A stretch of 61,070 bases of DNA from Harriotta raleighana (Eukaryota), in the NCBI GenBank assembly GCA_050575255.1, contig JBNZDD010013650.1:1814055-1875124 (forward strand), given 5' to 3'. The translations under genes and the position numbers were made by a program. Below, piece after piece: positions 53,401 through 59,400 of this stretch (its first letter is position 1; each line of letters starts with the position of its first letter). The notes beneath the pieces were generated by a model. The model did no database searches. It saw only the letters and a program-made list of their open reading frames with translations, and was not told the origin of the DNA.

Positions 53401-56400
53401 AACACAGCAATCAATTGCGCACAATTGATTGTGAATTGCTTTTAGCCTCTCTGGAACTTCATCCCACAATCCCTTTGCCTCGCTTTCTCCCTTGCCTCCT
53501 TCAAAGTCGGGTCTCAAGACCTTCCTCTTCAATCGTGCCTTATACTGGTCTCCCAACTCTCTCCCTCCCTTCCTAACTCCCTCCCCTTCCCCCTAGCCCA
53601 CCCCTCCTCCTTGCTCAAGTGGAACTCCTGTGGCTCAGTGGTTAGAGCACTCGCCTTACATGCCTTACAAGCATGAGGCCTGTGTTCGAATCCAGGCAGA
53701 TCAGGGCGAAACCTTGGGCAAGTTTCCTTACTCCACATGCCTAATAATAATCCCTCCAAAAAAACTACTATAATAAAATTGGTCATTTCAATCCATGACT
53801 GTTTGTGGGACACTGCTGTGCGCAATTGGCTGCCGCGTTTCGCCCACAAATATACAGTCAATTCACTTTACAGTATACTCTGTGAAGCGCTTTGGGACGT
53901 TGATAAGATGTGAAAAGCGCTATATCAAATGCAAGGATTATTATTATTATTATAAGTCCTGCCCTGACTGTTCAGGCTTGGGACATCCTCCCGACGTGAA
54001 AGACTCTCTAGAAATGTAATTTTGTTGTTGTTATCTCCCATGAGTGCTCTAACCACTGAGCTACAGGATTACACATGAATTAGATCTGGCTCATCGAAAA
54101 AAATACAGTTTGTGTTCTCAGATTCAAGCTGTACTCATACCACAAGCCACCTCACACAATTTCCTATCAGGACAGGTGGGGAGAGGCAAAACTAACTACT
54201 TTTGGTGAAGAGAAAATAGTATAACCTTTGACCAAAAGTTTCAAAAAGTCTTAAAAATCTCCCTTGCTTGCATTTGCCTTTTATGCAGAGAGCGTCTCAG
54301 GGCAGTTAACAGCAGTGTGGCTTGATGCTGATGCATCATGGAGTAATGGAGGAAAAGTGACCAAAGGCACAGTCCTGTTTAAATCTGTTCAACCCTTGAT
54401 GTACTCGGCCTATAGCACCACCTGCAGGAATACTGCTTACCTTGCTTGAAGTGTAACCTGAAGCATGATTGTGTTCATTATCAAGGGCACAAAATCACCT
54501 ACAATGCTGTGTATGTTCTGTTTGTACAGCTGAAAGAGAGCAGAATTCTCATCACTTTTATGTCTAACTACCAATGTTAAGCATTAATTGTCCCTTTAAA
54601 ATTTCTAATGTTCTTAAGTAATCCTCTTTGTTTCATTTGTAGAACATTACGGTGCATTAATTCTCCCACCAATAATATTACAAGTGGACAAGTACCTGAT
54701 ACATCAATACAACAATAATCGGGAGCTCAGCCAACACCTTCAGTGACAGGGATCCTCTAGGAATTATTGTATGCTGAAAGACACAAGTATAACATAAAAC
54801 AAACTTTCATTAATATAGGCAACTATTGTAATGCTAAAAAATAAATATTAATATAAACAAGAGCAGCAGTATCCACATGCAGTCTTTGGGCAAACGCCAC
54901 CAACCGTTGCAATTAACAATCAGCTTCTTTCTAAGCCGGAACCTTTGTTTTTTGAAATATATATATCTATACTAATAAAAACAAAATGCTTGTGTGTGTA
55001 CAAGCCAATAACGCAATAACTGATCAACGTAGAGACATGATTTATACCTCATTGGAACGATCTTGCACACAAGAGTGTTTTGGTCATAGCTCTTTCAAGG
55101 GTATTTTGATGAGCTGTATTTAAAAGATGCTTTAATAAAGGCCCAAAATATGAGGTGTGCATGGTGTTCTGTAAAGCCAATAACTCAATAACACTATGTG
55201 ATAAGATTCCCACCTAAAAAAAGGCAATGGTTTTCTCTGTCATTATCTTGTGCCCTTGATAAGTACAGTATTAAGATAGATGTATCTCTAGAACTCTGTG
55301 TGAATTCCCACTACTTTGTTGTAGAATATTCTTCCTGAATCTTGTCTATCCCCTGGCAGATGGGGAGCCAATGGAGTTGGCCAAGAAGTGGGAGAGATGC
55401 AATCATAGAGCTTAGAGTGGTAGAGGACACGAGCAGCAAGAGTTCTGGATTATCTGCAGCCTGTGGAGGAAGGAATTGGGAAGGTCGACAAGCTGTTGTA
55501 GTCGAGACTGGATGTGATGAAGTAAACTCTTCCATTCACAAGATGCAGATCATTCAAAACTTTGCAGCTCGTGTCCTCTCCTGCACCAGGCTCCACAACC
55601 CTATTTCTCCCATTCTCGCCTAACTCCCATTGGCTCCCCATCTGCCGCCTGACCCGCCCTAGCATCAGTGCCCAAGCTTTCAGCTTCCGTGCACCCACAC
55701 TCTGGAACTCGATCCCACAGTCCCTCCACCTCGCTTCTTCTCTTGCCTCCTTTTCGACCGTGCCTTCAGCTGCCCTCCCACCTCTCTACCTTGTCTCAAC
55801 CCTACTCATCCCCTCACCTTGCTTGGGTCCCGACCCGAATGTTCTGTGGCTTGGGACGTCCTCCCAACGTGAATTGTGCTCTATAAATGTAATTTTCTTG
55901 TTGTCAGCTTCTGATTCAGAACCTCATGTCACAACACTTCATACAACACACTTTAAATGTAGTGACTATTGCTATGCAGGCTTTGCAAATAATTCTCCAG
56001 ATAAAATTGGTCGGCGTTTGTCAAACATTGCTGTACACAAACTGATTTCCATGTTCACTTACCAATTATAATAATATTCAATATTTTAGACACTAAATGA
56101 ATGTAGGTTTATTAGATTATCAAAGGCAAATGCTGCAGTTAATCTATCCCACTAAAAATGAAATTTCAGTGAATTATGCATAAGAAAGATTGGCCAAGGC
56201 ATCAGGAAAAAAACGTAATAGCACATGTCGAGACGTTAAAGGATATGTTCTCCATGTATCAGCAAAGTAATAACGAAACAACATTGACCGAAGCAAAGTT
56301 AAGCAGGGTCTACCTGTAGTGTTCTATAGTAAACTGCAGTTTAGATTGTTATAAAGGTTTGAACACAAACAAGTTAATGTGGTATCACAATATTGGACCC

Positions 56401-59400
56401 TATACTACAGAACTTTATTAACGAATTTTAAAAGAGGAACTAATGACAAAAATCAAATGATTTATTAACCATGCCATCAGAACAAAACATGTTCTACTCA
56501 CTAATATGAGATTTCATTGCAATGTAACTGAATACTATTACCAGTCACTTATACCATAATCGAAAATGGTATAAAAGTCAGATGAAAGCAACAATCTAAT
56601 TGCATACTTCAACCCAACCTCAGAAGAGTTCCCTAAATCCACCAGAACATTCTCGAATCCTCAGATAATGCCTATTCATGCAAATTTATGAACAACCTGG
56701 ATTAAAATTGCCCAAATCTTTTTATACTGGACTCTTATTGGAATGAAAAGTGGGGCAAGTTTAATCCAGCACTCTAGGCTATGTTTCAGGTTCCTGAGGT
56801 AAAAAATCACCATCCATACATTACATTTCTATGTTTGAACTTACAGTTCTTGATTCACTGTCCCCTCGCTCTGGATTGGTTTTAACTACAACCTGAGTGA
56901 CCATGCCAACCATCTCTGGGGAAGGAATAGTGTTCTCTGGGATCACCTGGGGGCTCTCAAAGTATCTGGTCTACAAGAAAACAAACAAAAATGCATTAAT
57001 TTCAAAACAAATAGAAGGAACAATCTTGTGGAAGGATTAATCCTCAGAACAATACATACCACAACTTTAATAAGGTCTTTGTAGATCTGTTTCACAAAAT
57101 CAAGAAAGTGGTGAATCTGTAAACAAACCAAAAATGTATGAGTAAAACAATGCAAGCTTTCGTCCAAAAGATCTTAAACTAGTTTTTTTTTACATCTCAT
57201 TTTGCTAATAAACCTTCACAGGTAACCACTGAATAGTCTCAACTGAACAATTATTGCAATAAATCAAAAATGCTCCAAAAACCGAGTTTATTCCTGACAT
57301 TCGTTTTTCCCAAAAATAAACAGTCGATTCATTTTAGAGTATATTCTGTGAAGCGGTGTGAGACATCTTTAAGACATGATAAGGCATTATATCAACAACA
57401 AAAAAATTACATTTGTTTAGCACCTTTCACATTGGGAGGATGTCTATCAAATGCAAGGATTATTGTTATCCTATATTTTCATAATGGTTAGACTATAAGG
57501 CTACTTACTTCCTGTGTAATTGGTGGTCTGAACTGTTTATGTAATTCAATAATGATCCGCAGACATATTAGCACATTCTCTTCATTCTCAACCTGAAACA
57601 AGATAATAGCATGAATGCAACATCACATTAATCACTTACCATTGCTACTGACTAAAACTAACACTTCAGAGGCATAAAAACATTCATGCTCTTCACCCCA
57701 ATACATTTGTCTGAAAATGTAAGATTGCATAATTTTTTTAAAAATACAATCTTAATGGGCTGTTTTTATGAATTTAGCGGTTCTTGAAAAGCACTGCAGA
57801 ACAGTGTCTTCCAAATTAAGACAATTTAAGAATTTTCCACAAATTCTGCAGTCTCAATTTTTAAAATAATACTCTTTAAGGCCAATTCTTAATTTCCATA
57901 GTGAGGAAATAATCGTGTCATAGAATCTTTCTTGATTAATCATATTCCCAAACCCTTTTTAGTATTGTTTAGTTTGGGAAAAGTCAAAAGTTTTGTGATA
58001 GTGTGATAAGTTTATTTGTTTTCATGCAGATCAGTATCGATTTATATTGCAGAGGGAATGACAGATCCATCAACAGTAATAACATCATGGATATACAAAC
58101 TTTTAAACTTGAACATGCAAAGTGGAAATATTATGACTAATCAGTCATCAATTATAATGGAGATTAGAACTCTCTTTAATTACAGATAATTAATTTAATG
58201 CTGCAGGCAAAGATTTAAAAATACAAAATACAAAAAAAAATTACTGCATACCTCCAAAACTTACTGAAACTTACCTCTAAAAATCGAAACATCAGAGAAA
58301 GAATATTCTTCGTGTGAGAACGCAAATGCTCATTTGTTGGAATTCTATGGATGATCTCAAGAACTAGCTTCCGAACTTGCTGCAAATAGTTGTGGTTTTT
58401 AAAAAAAAATTGATCAGTACTTTTATCAAAATACGAATTCTGTTAACACAGTATGATAAAGAGCAAGTACTTGCACTAGAACTTTATTACACGAAAATGG
58501 TAAATGTACAAAAGCTCTGATAAAATGATTGTTTGATTTTAACGGGAGGCCACAGTTGTTTAAGCTCATCTTAAAGCTAATGCACAGGGTCAACACAGCT
58601 TTTGATTTCAAAAACAATCCTCGATTTCAAATAAATTGCTACTTTTATCATGCATCCCCTCCACCCCCCGAACGTCAAAAGGTGTTAGCTAACATTGAAT
58701 GGTGAAGTTTTGTATTCCCAAGCGTAACTTTGAAAATTATATGACTATAACTCTGATTCAAACTGTGCACTGTGCAAACATATTTGTAGGTTTTGGTTCC
58801 CTATCCCTTGGGGTGGGTGGGGGAACGATGATTCAAGATTATTCAATAAAGTAAATGCCACAATCTAAATTCAACAAAGCAAATCTCCACACACCTGGGC
58901 AGGTTTTTCTTGGAGAAACTGTACTTCCCCATCTTGTAGAAAAGTCAGAAAACGAGGAATGATATGCTCTAGGAAAGTTGAATACTGCGGTGAAGTGGTC
59001 ACATTCTGAGAACAAGAATAACATTACTTTGCTAAGCACTTTCAATACAAATAAGCATTATAGATTGTAAATTTGGGAATAATAATATAGTACTTGAAAA
59101 AAATCAAATCCACACTTCAGAACCCAAAAAATTGGTGCAAAACTGCATTTCAGCCGCTTTGATCCTCCTACTTTCCTTTAAGTTACAGCTCTCCTGTCAG
59201 GAGTCCACAAGCCATACTTCTAAAGCATGCACCCGTCACGTATGTAATCCAACTCACCATATAATTATCATTCTATAAAGTTCATGCAATACACAGGTAT
59301 TGCACTGATAATGCTGCGGTATTAGCATTTCATTTCATTTATATGAAAGCTTATCCAAAAATTCCAGGCCTTTTTATGTTCACCAAGTAACCTAAAAAAT

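Noticed and set aside
53621-53700. tRNA-like sequences (also ~43615-43692, 5540-5610, 29120-29187)
   Set aside because: They are SINE heads that continue into the SINE body and tail, with no proper acceptor stem or terminator.
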